Source: an uncultured Verrucomicrobiae bacterium
GTDB taxonomy: Bacteria > Verrucomicrobiota > Verrucomicrobiia > Chthoniobacterales > Chthoniobacteraceae
Length of the DNA: 64,000 bases
Direction of reading: 5' to 3'
Assembly (NCBI GenBank): GCA_963828525.1
Contig: CAWHEP010000011.1
Location: 96,001 to 160,000 of the forward strand
Shown: positions 51,496 through 61,017 of the stretch, piece after piece
How positions within the stretch are numbered: position 1 is the first letter of the stretch
Layout: every line of letters begins with the position of its first letter
Notes under the pieces: generated by a model
Databases searched by the model: none
What the model saw: only the letters and a program-made list of their open reading frames with translations
Told to the model about the DNA's origin: nothing
Program-made: the position numbers and the translations under genes

Positions 51496-53914
51496 ATGCC
51501 TTCCAAGTCCGACCTCCATATCCATTCCCGCTTTAGCGACCGCTCCGCCGAGTGGTTCTTTCGCCGGTTCGAGTTCCCGGATAGCTACTCCGATCCCTCT
51601 GAACTTTACGTGAAGCTAAAGGAGCAGGGGATGGACTTCGTGACCATCACGGACCACAACCGCATCGAAGGTTGTCTGGAGATTGCGGATAAACCGGGTG
51701 CATTCATCAGCGAAGAAGTCAGCACCACGTTTCCCGAGGACCGCTGCCAGGCGCATCTGCTTGTTTGGGACATCACCGAGCAGCAGCATCGCGAGATCCA
51801 GGGCCTGCGCGAAAACATCTATGATCTTCAGAAATACCTCATGGCCTCGGAGATCGCCCATTCCGTCGCTCATCCTTTGTATAGACTCGATGATCGGCTT
51901 GCGCCCGCTCACATCGAAAAGTTGATCCTCCTTTTCAAGTGCTTTGAAGGGTTAAATGGCCTTCGCGATTCACTCTTCAGCGATGTCGCCCAATATGTCA
52001 TGGGCAACCTCACTCCCGCCAAAATCACGGAACTCGCCGAACGGCACCACATCGAGCCCACCCATGCCGAGCCATGGAGGAAGATACTCACCGCCGGCTC
52101 CGATGACCACGGGGGGATTGTTTGTCGCCTCCGCTTTTACGGAGACGGAAACCGCCGCGACCCCGCGGATTTTCTCGCAAAAAGTCGCAGCGGGGCGAAT
52201 GCCGGACCGCAAGGGAGGGGAGGGAGCTCCCTCGCGTTTTCCCACAGTCTCTATAACACCATCTACGGGTTCCTTCAGGAGAAGGTCTTCAAGAGCGCCA
52301 AGCACAAAAAGAACGCCGGTGGCTTGGCCGAGAAAGTCTTTTCCCGCTTCATGGAAGGCCGGGATCCCACCGAGTTTAGCATCGGTGAGAAGATCGGGTT
52401 TGTGGCGCAGGGCGTCATGTCGGGGAAAATATTCGAGCTGGCGAAACCGGCAAACGCTTCGATCTGGAAACAGTTCTCCACTTATTTCGCGGAGACCGAC
52501 GTTCGGGCGCTCCTCGCCACACAGACGAGCGGAGTTGCCGAGCCGGAACGGCGCGCTTTTCATATCGCGAACCTTTTCGCCAACCAGCTCGCTTTTCGCT
52601 TCTTCACGAAATTCGTGAAGGAACTTTCTTCAGGCAATCTTATCGGCAGCATCCAGGACATCAGCACACTGGTGCCGATCCTTTTGACACTGAGTCCCTA
52701 CATGTACTCGTTCCATAGCCAGGCGCCCTCCCGCCGCTGGCTGAGGGAACTTTGCCTGTCTATCACGGGCGGCATGCCCCTCGCTCTCAGAAATCGCAAA
52801 CGCGCTTGGTTTACCGACACTTTGGAAGACGTAAACGGTGTCGCTACCACGATCCGCAAGATGACGGCGGCGGGCGTGGCTGCCGGCGAAGAGTTGGTGG
52901 TAGTCACCTCCCGCGCCAACATCCAGATCACTGGCGTGCCGATCAAGAATTTTGCGCCCATCGGCGAGTTCGAACTTCCTGAGTATGAGCTCCAAAAACT
53001 CAGTTTCCCTCCCATATTGGAGATGCTGGACTACATCCAGCGGGAGCACTTTACCGAGTTGATTATCAGCACTCCTGGCCCGATCGGGCTCACGGCTCTC
53101 CTTGCCGCCAAAACATTCGGCCTCCGCGCGAGCGGGATCTACCATACAGATTTCCCCCAGTATATCCGCATCCTTACCGAGGACAGCTTCCTTGAGACGC
53201 TGACCTGGAACTACATGCACTGGTTCTACTCGCAACTCGACCACATCTTCGTTAATTCCGAAGTGTATCGGCGATGTTGGGTGGATCGCGGCATTGATCC
53301 CGCGAAGATCAGCATCTTTCCTCGCGGTCTGGATTTGGTGCTGTTTGATCCCGCCCGCCGTTCCAGCGCTTTCTGGCCGCAATTTGGCATTCCCGGAGGG
53401 CGGGTTGTCCTGCTGTATGTGGGCCGCATATCGAAAGAAAAAGGCCTGGAAGTTCTGGCTGCCGCCTACCGGAAGCTTCGCGACGGCGGTTTCCCCGTTG
53501 CGCTCGCTTTTGTGGGAGATGGGCCCTATCTGAAGGAACTCAAAGAGATAGTTCCTGACGCCTGCTTCACCGGCTATTTGGAGAGCACCCGCCTCGCTGA
53601 AGCTTTTGCCTCCGCCGACATATTCATGTTCCCGAGTACCACGGACACATTTGGAAATGTGGTCCTCGAAGCGCTTGCTTCCGGGTCTTCCAGCCATCGT
53701 CTCCGACCAAGGTGGCCCGAAGGAGTTGATACAGTCCGGCCACACCGGCTTCATTACAAAGGCTCTGGATATTGATGACTTCACTAATGCGACCCGCAGA
53801 CTCCTCGAGGATCCTAGGCTGCGGAGCGCGATGGCGGCCAATGCCCGCCAAACTGTGAAGACACGCGATTGGGCCGTGGCATTCGAAAAGTTCTGGGCCG
53901 CATCACCGGACTAG
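51496..53914 (+). CDS. PHP-domain/GT4 glycosyltransferase fusion; compensating frameshifts near 52115-52165 and one near 53686
   Basis: DLHIHS, TITDHN, AHP and GSDDH (PHP); YHTDFP, YVGRISKEKG and DTFGNVVLEA (GT4). The tail is in ORF 53606-53914. Confidence 0.85.
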
Positions 53915-53966
53915 AATGAACTACACCCTGCACCCGCGCTTCTGCGGTTTACCGCATTGAAATTCC

Positions 53967-55304
53967 ATGGCCGCCACAAAAATCCTGATCTTAGGCGGGG
54001 GTTCGCCGGTGTTTACACCGCGCTGTATTTGGACCGCCATTTCGCTCCCTCGGAAGACATCCAGGTTACGCTCGTTAGCGATAACAACTTCCTTCTATTC
54101 ACACCCATGCTTCACGAGGTCGCCGCAAGTGACCTCGACCCCACCCACATCGTCATTCCTTTGCGCCGCATCCTCAAGCGCGACGTCGTGTATCAGGGCA
54201 CGTAAATTCGATCGATCTCGCCGGGCCCGCCGCGCGGGCATCTCCTATGGCCTGGCGGCCCGGGAACGCGTCTTCGCCTACGATCATCTCGTCATCGCGC
54301 TCGGCAGCGAAACCAACTTCTTTAACATCGAAGGCTTGGAAGACCGCGCCATGACGATGAAAAGCCTCACGGACGCCATTTTCCTGCGCAACCGGATCCT
54401 GGCCGCGCTTGAGAACGCCAGCGTCGAAGAGGATGAAGGCATGCGGCGGGCGTTGCTTACGTTCGTCGTTGCAGGCGGTGGATTCGCTGGAGTTGAGACT
54501 ATCGGGGCCGTCAACGATTTCGTTCGCGACGCTCTGAAGTTCTACCCCTCTCTTTCCGAATCTCTCCTTCGGATCATCCTCGTTCATCCCCAGGAGGTCA
54601 TCCTCCCCGAGTTGGGTGAACCTCTAGGCCGCTACGCCGCTCGCAAGCTCGCGGAACGCAAGGTCGAGATCATCACCAACACTAAAGTGAGCGGTTACAC
54701 CGGTGACGCGGTGCAGCTCAGCACAGGTGTTTCCATCCCGGCAGAGACACTCATTTGGACCACCGGCGTCGTCCCTCATAAGATCCTGCAAACCCTTCCT
54801 TGTGAAAAGGAGAAGGGCCGGATCAAGGTCGATGAAACGCTTGCTGTGCCCGGGTTCCCGGGCGTGTGGGCTCTCGGTGACTGCGCGAGCGCGATTGATC
54901 CCGACACGGGTCGTCCATATCCTCCGACGGCGCAGCATGCCCTCCGGCAGGGCACTCACACGGGCAAGAATATAGCCGCTACTCTCGCGCGCGTTTCGCT
55001 GACTCCCTTCAAATACAAAATGCTGGGACAACTCGCCGCCATCGGTCACAGGACGGGTGTCGCAAACATTTTGGGAGTTAACTTCTCCGGGTTCGTCGCT
55101 TGGTGGATGTGGCGCACGATCTACCTTGCCAAGTTGCCAGGATTTGAAAAGAAACTGCGGGTTGCCCTCGACTGGACCTTGGACCTCCTCTTCTCAAAAG
55201 ACCTTGTTCAGATCGTGACCCTTCGCGGCATCCGCCAAATTTCACGCCGTTATACGCGCGCCGAAGCTTCGATACCCGTGCCATCCCAGACTCCCAAGCT
55301 TTAG
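53967..55304 (+). CDS. ndh: Type II NADH dehydrogenase; compensating frameshifts near 53995 and 54200
   Basis: ILILG(GGFAG)VY and FTPMLHEV in the alternative frame; YDHLVIALG, GGGFAGVE, ALGD and PPTAQHA motifs. Confidence 0.88.
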   Translation: MAATKILILGGGSPVFTPRCIWTAISLPRKTSRLRSLAITTSFYSHPCFTRSPQVTSTPPTSSFLCAASSSATSCIRARKFDRSRRARRAGISYGLAARERVFAYDHLVIALGSETNFFNIEGLEDRAMTMKSLTDAIFLRNRILAALENASVEEDEGMRRALLTFVVAGGGFAGVETIGAVNDFVRDALKFYPSLSESLLRIILVHPQEVILPELGEPLGRYAARKLAERKVEIITNTKVSGYTGDAVQLSTGVSIPAETLIWTTGVVPHKILQTLPCEKEKGRIKVDETLAVPGFPGVWALGDCASAIDPDTGRPYPPTAQHALRQGTHTGKNIAATLARVSLTPFKYKMLGQLAAIGHRTGVANILGVNFSGFVAWWMWRTIYLAKLPGFEKKLRVALDWTLDLLFSKDLVQIVTLRGIRQISRRYTRAEASIPVPSQTPKL

Positions 55305-55472
55305 TAAACTGCGCACTCTGCGCGCAGGCGGGAGCGGCGGTCAAACTTGCTCAATACGTCGGCATCTTTTTGATCAAGCTGTTCATTTGGATACATCCAA
55401 AAACCAACCTCTTAGGATCAATACAAGTGTAAGTTACTGCGGGCAAGGCTTTTGTGATTTACGCGGATGTTG

Positions 55473-55488
55473 TGGCATATCCGATGCT
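55473..55488 (+). promoter_or_regulatory. Sigma-54 -24/-12 promoter upstream of hpf
   Basis: TGGCATATCCGATGCT (GG-N10-GC), about 33 nt before the hpf ATG, in an AT-rich intergenic region. Confidence 0.65.
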
Positions 55489-55521
55489 ATTCCGACTGCT
55501 CCGGAAGGAAACATTGATAAA

Positions 55522-55893
55522 ATGCACATACATATAATTCCACTCCGGTTTCAACTAAACGATCCGATTCGCTCTTTTGCGTTGGACAAGCTCCAGCACC
55601 TGGACGCAATTACGGATGCCATCAGCGCAGCGCGGGTGACACTGTCTCGCGACAATGCCGCCGAACCGTCCCGCCGGTTCACGGCGAAGGTGCGGCTCTC
55701 CATTCCGGGGAAAGCCGTCCATGCCAGTGAAACTTCGTCGGATCTCTACGTTGCTCTGGATGAGGTTCAGAGCAAATTGGCGCGTCAATTGCGCAAGCGC
55801 AAAACACGCTTGGGCCAATTCGCGGCGCATGAGCGCGCAGGCCGTCGCAAAAAGATGCGGCTCGCCGAAATCGAGCAACTGCTTGCCGCATAG
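55522..55893 (+). CDS. hpf: Ribosome hibernation factor (HPF/RaiA)
   Basis: S30AE-like DLYVALDEVQSKLARQLRKRK; SD-like GAAGGA. Confidence 0.85.
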   Translation: MHIHIIPLRFQLNDPIRSFALDKLQHLDAITDAISAARVTLSRDNAAEPSRRFTAKVRLSIPGKAVHASETSSDLYVALDEVQSKLARQLRKRKTRLGQFAAHERAGRRKKMRLAEIEQLLAA

Positions 55894-55977
55894 CGGTCTG
55901 GCGCGACGCCGAAATGCGTTAGCGATACGCCCGCGGCGCGGGTAGGTTGCATCGGGTGGACCGAATCCGCCGCGCTT

Positions 55978-57579
55978 CTACTCCGCCGCAGCCTTCTCGG
56001 CTCCTATGCCTGTATGAGCCCGCACCAGCATCTCCGAGTATTTCGATTCGGCCGCAGGCTCGCGGGTCAACAGTGAACCAAGGAACGCTCCCAGAAATCC
56101 CAGTGGAATACTTACGATGCCGGGGTTCGCCAGCGGGAAGATTGCTTCGCGCTGGATGAAATGCCTCGCCGTCGGCAGGACGGTGGCCGCGTCGATTCCC
56201 ATGATGCTGGGACTGATCAGAATGAGCGTGATAGACGCAAGCAAACCAGTGGCGAGGCCGATGACAGCGCCGCCTGTATTAAACCGCCGCCAATAGAGTG
56301 ACAGGATAACCACGGGTAGATTCGCCGATGCCGCGACCGCGAACGCCAGGCCCACGAGAAACGCGACGTTTGCGTTCTTTAACACGATGGCCAATCCGAT
56401 GGAGACCACACCAACCACCAGGGCGGTGATCCTCGCCACAAGCACCTCTTCATCCTTGCTCTGCTCTTTGCCTCCATGAACGATGTTCGTCCAAATATCA
56501 TGCGCGAAGGAAGTCGAGGCGCTGATGGTTAACCCCGCCACAACTGCCAGGATGGTGGCGAACGCAATCGCCGAGATGAACGCGAAAAAAACGTCCCCCG
56601 CTACTATCTTGGCCAGCAGCGGCGCGCTCATGTTTGTGCCGCCATTCTTGATGATGTAGTCCTTTCCTACCAGCGTCGCGGCGCCGAAACCGAGGAAGGT
56701 CGTCATGATGTAGAAAGTCCCGATCAGAACCATCGCCCAGATCACGCTGGTGCGGGCCGCTTTCGCGTCCGGCACTGTGTAGAAGCGGACCAGGATATGG
56801 GGCAATCCTGCTGTTCCGAAAACGAGCGCCATTCCCAGCGAGATGAGATCAAGGGAGCCATACCCTTTGCCGTATAGAATCCCAGGCTCCAGGAAGTTTT
56901 TGGTGACGGGATGTCCGAGCACAGTGTACTTGACCATGGTCACAGCGGTGAAAAATTCCGTCAGGCTGAAGTGGAACTTTGCGAGCACCAGCACGCTCAG
57001 CAGGAACGTCCCCGCCATGAGCAGTATGGCTTTAATAATCTGCACCCACGTAGTCGCGAGCATTCCGCCGAAGATCACGTAAACAATCATCAGCGCGCCG
57101 ACTCCTATTACCGCCTCGTTGTAGGAAATGTTGGAGTCTTTAAGCAGCAGCGAAACGAGTGTCCCCGCGCCAACCATCTGCGCGATCATATAAAACGTGC
57201 TCACTGTTAGAGTGCTCAATGAAGCCATCGCCCGCACAGGGCGCGGGCTGAGTCGGAACGCGAGTACATCAGCCATGGTGTATTTGCCCGCGTTGCGGAG
57301 CGGTTCGGCCACTACAAGCAGCACGGTGAGGTAAGCGACGAGAAATCCCACCGAGTACATGAAACCGTCGTACCCATTGAAAGCGATGAGGCCCGCGATC
57401 CCCAGGAACGAGGCCGCGCTCATGTAATCGCCCGCGACGGCTATGCCATTTTGCCATCCGGTGATCCGGCGATTCGCCGCGAAGTAGGAGTTCGCGCCGC
57501 TGGATTGGCGGGCGGCCCAGCCCGTAATCGCCAGCGTGATGGCGATGAACACCAGAAACATGACGAGAGGTGTGGTCAT
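55978..57579 (-). CDS. actP: Cation/acetate symporter (SSS family)
   Basis: GDYMSAASFLG, GGMLATTWVQIIKA, GTAGLPHIL and AASANLP motifs. Confidence 0.92.
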   Translation of the reverse strand: MTTPLVMFLVFIAITLAITGWAARQSSGANSYFAANRRITGWQNGIAVAGDYMSAASFLGIAGLIAFNGYDGFMYSVGFLVAYLTVLLVVAEPLRNAGKYTMADVLAFRLSPRPVRAMASLSTLTVSTFYMIAQMVGAGTLVSLLLKDSNISYNEAVIGVGALMIVYVIFGGMLATTWVQIIKAILLMAGTFLLSVLVLAKFHFSLTEFFTAVTMVKYTVLGHPVTKNFLEPGILYGKGYGSLDLISLGMALVFGTAGLPHILVRFYTVPDAKAARTSVIWAMVLIGTFYIMTTFLGFGAATLVGKDYIIKNGGTNMSAPLLAKIVAGDVFFAFISAIAFATILAVVAGLTISASTSFAHDIWTNIVHGGKEQSKDEEVLVARITALVVGVVSIGLAIVLKNANVAFLVGLAFAVAASANLPVVILSLYWRRFNTGGAVIGLATGLLASITLILISPSIMGIDAATVLPTARHFIQREAIFPLANPGIVSIPLGFLGAFLGSLLTREPAAESKYSEMLVRAHTGIGAEKAAAE

Positions 57580-57582
57580 GAT

Positions 57583-58002
57583 CTACTTGCCTCCTTGAAC
57601 ATTGTTGATGACCTCTTGCGCCATCCTGTCATGCCCCGCCGCGGCTTTCACATAAAGTGCCGCGATGATCCATGCCATGAAGAACTGCGAAAGCGCGAAC
57701 AGGTAGGCGAGATTCACCACCCCCAGCACCTTCGTCTCCATTAGATGAGGTTTGTAACCCACCAGGATCAGCAGCGCAAAATAGTACACGATGAAGAAGA
57801 TGACCGCGGGGATGATAAAGGCGGCTTTCTTTTTGAGCAGCGCCGTAAATGCCCTGCTGGCAGCCACCCGATCCCAATCAACGGCCGCGCAGCCTTCTCC
57901 GGCTGGGCGCTCATGCGCGAGCTTGAGGTTTCCTGTGCCGAGAGGAGCCACGTCTGTGGGAGCTCCGACGAGGGGAGTGAGATCGCCTGGATTGGGGTTC
58001 AT
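57583..58002 (-). CDS. DUF485 (YjcH-like) membrane protein partnered with ActP
   Basis: Two TM helices; SQF..AW..YV motif; directly upstream of actP. Confidence 0.85.
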   Translation of the reverse strand: MNPNPGDLTPLVGAPTDVAPLGTGNLKLAHERPAGEGCAAVDWDRVAASRAFTALLKKKAAFIIPAVIFFIVYYFALLILVGYKPHLMETKVLGVVNLAYLFALSQFFMAWIIAALYVKAAAGHDRMAQEVINNVQGGK

Positions 58003-58059
58003 CCCGGCAAGATGGACAAGTCAGCCCCCCAAGTCGATTCCAAAAATCCCGGGGTATGA

Positions 58060-58250
58060 TGTACCTGTTGACTCATAGGTTGTGACATTGGCTGGGTGAA
58101 GAGAAGTTGAAGGGGAGAGTGGGACGTCGACTCAAAAAGGATGACACCGGCCATGCAAGGAGATGCCGATGAGTCAAAGAATCAGACAAGAGATGCTGCC
58201 CCGACTGCAGCAGCGGTATGCGCGCAGAGGTCGGTGGAAGAGGGGTATTT
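58060..58250 (+). mobile_element. Truncated IS left end and transposase N-terminal stub (ISNCY/IS1202-like, tentative)
   Basis: TGT at 58060; imperfect repeats GTTGACTCA-N7-TGACA (58067-58087) and GTCGACTCA-N7-TGACA (58126-58146); SD AAGGAG; ATG 58169 MSQRIRQEMLPRLQQRYARRGR. Confidence 0.55.
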
Positions 58251-58262
58251 CGTCAGGACAGT

Positions 58263-58505
58263 TCAAAAGCGGAAGCGATTGTAATCCTCGTGCGTTCCGA
58301 TCCAGAACCATGCGATGATCTTTCCTTCGCGCGGTAATGATCGCGATGCGGACGACGCAAGCACCGTTCCTGCGTTCCTCGAATTTCAGGGACGAGTGGT
58401 GTGGCTCTTTCTTCCAAAGGGCGTATTCTCACGCGCCAATTTTTGGACCCCATCGGGAAGCGCCTCAAAGTGTTTCCAGAATCGCCGATTCGTTTTGCCG
58501 ATCAC
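58263..58505 (-). pseudogene. RelE/ParE-like toxin with several frameshifts
   Basis: Pieces across frames: MIGKTNRRFWKHFEALPDGVQKLARE / YALWKKEPHHSSLKFE..VRI / DHYR / IIAWFWIGTHEDYNR. GTGA overlap with the upstream gene. Confidence 0.7.
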
Positions 58506-58705
58506 GGCAATTCCTCAAACCGCCCCGCCCGGATATCTGCCCCGACTTCCTCAATTACCGAGTGCAAGCATCCACCTTCGGAAAAATCCGCGTCGATCTC
58601 ACGATCCCAAGCAGCGTTCTCACGCTCCCGAATAAACGATGCCAAATCGGCCAAATCCTTCGGCGAAAGCTCACCCACCGCGGTTTTGATTTCAGCCAGG
58701 CTCAC
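58502..58705 (-). CDS. Putative antitoxin (acidic, 67 aa)
   Basis: EIKTAVGELSPKDL..AWDREIDADFSEG; coupled to the toxin pseudogene. Confidence 0.7.
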   Translation of the reverse strand: MSLAEIKTAVGELSPKDLADLASFIRERENAAWDREIDADFSEGGCLHSVIEEVGADIRAGRFEELP

Positions 58706-58779
58706 GCGAAGGAAACTTACGCAGCTACCTGCTTGAATGCAACCACCGTTCTGCCCGCTGCGGTAGGCTTGATCTCTCG

Positions 58780-58990
58780 TTAGCGTGCCGAATCCTTCGG
58801 CTGCTGAAGCGCCCGGTAATGGGCAAACAACGCTTGCGCATTGCTGGGGTGGCCCATCTCAGCAGCCGTCAACGTCGCGTTCCTGTGGCGGCCAAAATGA
58901 TACGAAGCTGTGCCGCCTCCCGTTGTCCGGCCATTTGCACGCCTCGCTGCCTTCCGCGCCGCGTCCAGTGCCAACGTCACGGAGCGGCCT
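58780..58990 (-). pseudogene. Tyrosine recombinase/integrase C-terminal remnant
   Basis: WPDNGRRHSF in one frame and ASYH..TAAEMGH..LFAHYRAL in the next, matching box II (RH..GH..Y). Confidence 0.7.
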
Positions 58991-59133
58991 CTATCCGCGG
59001 CTTTTCGGGAAGCCAACGCCCTTGCTCCCGGCGTTTTCCGTTCGATCCGTTTCTGCTCCGCTTCGGTTTCGACCTTTGTCCCGTAGAAGGATCCATTCGA
59101 CTCCTAATCCTGCCAAGCGATCAGTGCGCTCCG

Positions 59134-60954
59134 CTACCCCTGCACAGCTCCCTTGCGACGCAACGCCTCCTCCATCGCAAGATCCACCAGCAGCGTCGCG
59201 AGTTCCTGTGTTCCCTCATCGAGCGCGGCGTTTGCCTTCTTCAAACGTTGCGTGTCGACGCTGGCGATGGACGCGCGCACTTCGTCGGCAAGCGTCTGGA
59301 TAACGCTTCTCTGGTGGCTGTCCAGCTTGTCATTCGCGATGCTCAACGCGTGAGCGACCGCGGCAAGCATCTCCGCGCCTTTCAGCCGCGCCTCGGTGAG
59401 GATGCGCTCGTTCATGTCCTCAAAAGCGTGGTCCACAGATTCTGACACCATCTGCTCCACCGCGGCATCAGAGACATCCACGGCGCTCTGGATCTTCACC
59501 GTTTTTTCGACCCCCGTTTTGGTGTCCCGCGCGAGCACATTCAATATGCCATTGGCATCAATCTCGAATTGAACGCCGACTCTGGCCTGCCCTTTTGGGC
59601 CGGGATCAAAGTCGAGATCGAACTGCCCGAGCGCCCAGTTGTCGCGAGCCATCTCGCGTTCCCCTTGAAGCACTTTTATGCGCATGGACTCCTGGTTCGG
59701 CAGCGCGTTGGTAAACATCTCTCCAGCTTTCAGAGGGATTGTCGAATTGCGCGGTATGATGACATTCATTAATCCGCCGAAGGTTTCTATTCCCAACGAC
59801 AGCGGGGTCACATCAAGAAGGACTACATTATGAACCGAGCCTTCCAGAACGCCGGCCTGGATCGTCGCGCCAATAGCGACGGCTTCATCTGGATTCTGAC
59901 TTGTGTTCGGCTCCCGCTGGAAAATTTCGCCGACGAGGGCGCGGACAATAGGCATTCGGGTTGAGCCGCCGACGAGAACGACCTGATCCAGATCGGCGGG
60001 TGACAGGCGCGCGTCCATCAGCGCTCGCAGACAGTGTTCGCGAGTCCGGGAGATCACCGGAGCAGCGATCCTGTCGAGGTCGGCGCGGGTGACGGAACAC
60101 GAAAAGCTGCGACCCTCCTGGGCGAATGGCAGGTCCACGGTGGTTTGCAATTCATCGGAAAGACGGTGTTTCGCCTTGATGGCGCTCTCGCGCAGCCGCG
60201 ATTGGAAGATGAGATCGCGCGCGCCATGTGAAGCCTCGCCTGATGAGTCAAACCGCGCGATCAGCAAAGCCATCAAAGCTTCATCGATGTCATCTCCGCC
60301 CAACCGCGTGTTTCCATGCGTCGCAAGCACGTGGAAAACGCCCTTGTCCAATTCCAGGAGCGAGATGTCAAACGTGCCACCGCCGAGATCGAAAACGGCG
60401 ATCCGCGCTTTCTCTGAAAGCTTGTCGAGTCCGTAGGCCATCGCAGCCGCAGTTGGCTCATTGACGATGCGCTCCACGACAAAGCCGGCAATCTCACCGG
60501 CCGCCTTGGTTGCCTGCCGCTGGGCGTCGTTAAAGTACGCGGGCACGGTGATCACGGCGCGCGTGATCGTCTGTTCCATCGCGCGCTCGGCATCCTGCTT
60601 CAGTTTACGAAGGATCAATCCCGAAATACTCTCTGGCGAATGCCTCGCGCCATGGATGCCGATTGAGATCGGCTCACCCGTGGCGCCGGCGATGGAGTAG
60701 GGAACCCCGGCGATCTCCACTTCTCCCACCCGCCTCCCCATGAAACGCTTCACCGAAAATACGGTTTCAGCGGGACGCGTGATCCGCATGCGGTTTGCCG
60801 CCTGTCCGACGAGAGGTTCGCCGTGTTCCGGAAAATGAACGACAGAGGGCGTGAGGCGTTCGCCGCCGTCGGCAATCAACACGGGAAATCCCGCGTCCAT
60901 CACGCCTATCAGAGAATTTGTGGTGCCAAGGTCAATTCCGGCAATCAGAGACAT
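59134..60954 (-). CDS. Hsp70-family chaperone (HscA-like)
   Basis: GIDLGTTNS, TVPAYFND, FDLGGGTFD, VGGSTRMP and LLDVTPLSLG motifs; lacks the DnaK-type flexible tail. Confidence 0.9.
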   Translation of the reverse strand: MSLIAGIDLGTTNSLIGVMDAGFPVLIADGGERLTPSVVHFPEHGEPLVGQAANRMRITRPAETVFSVKRFMGRRVGEVEIAGVPYSIAGATGEPISIGIHGARHSPESISGLILRKLKQDAERAMEQTITRAVITVPAYFNDAQRQATKAAGEIAGFVVERIVNEPTAAAMAYGLDKLSEKARIAVFDLGGGTFDISLLELDKGVFHVLATHGNTRLGGDDIDEALMALLIARFDSSGEASHGARDLIFQSRLRESAIKAKHRLSDELQTTVDLPFAQEGRSFSCSVTRADLDRIAAPVISRTREHCLRALMDARLSPADLDQVVLVGGSTRMPIVRALVGEIFQREPNTSQNPDEAVAIGATIQAGVLEGSVHNVVLLDVTPLSLGIETFGGLMNVIIPRNSTIPLKAGEMFTNALPNQESMRIKVLQGEREMARDNWALGQFDLDFDPGPKGQARVGVQFEIDANGILNVLARDTKTGVEKTVKIQSAVDVSDAAVEQMVSESVDHAFEDMNERILTEARLKGAEMLAAVAHALSIANDKLDSHQRSVIQTLADEVRASIASVDTQRLKKANAALDEGTQELATLLVDLAMEEALRRKGAVQG

Positions 60955-61017
60955 TTGAAGGGAAGGACGCTTGTTTAGGAGAAAACACAACTCCTGGTTT
61001 CAGTAGATCCTGCCGCG

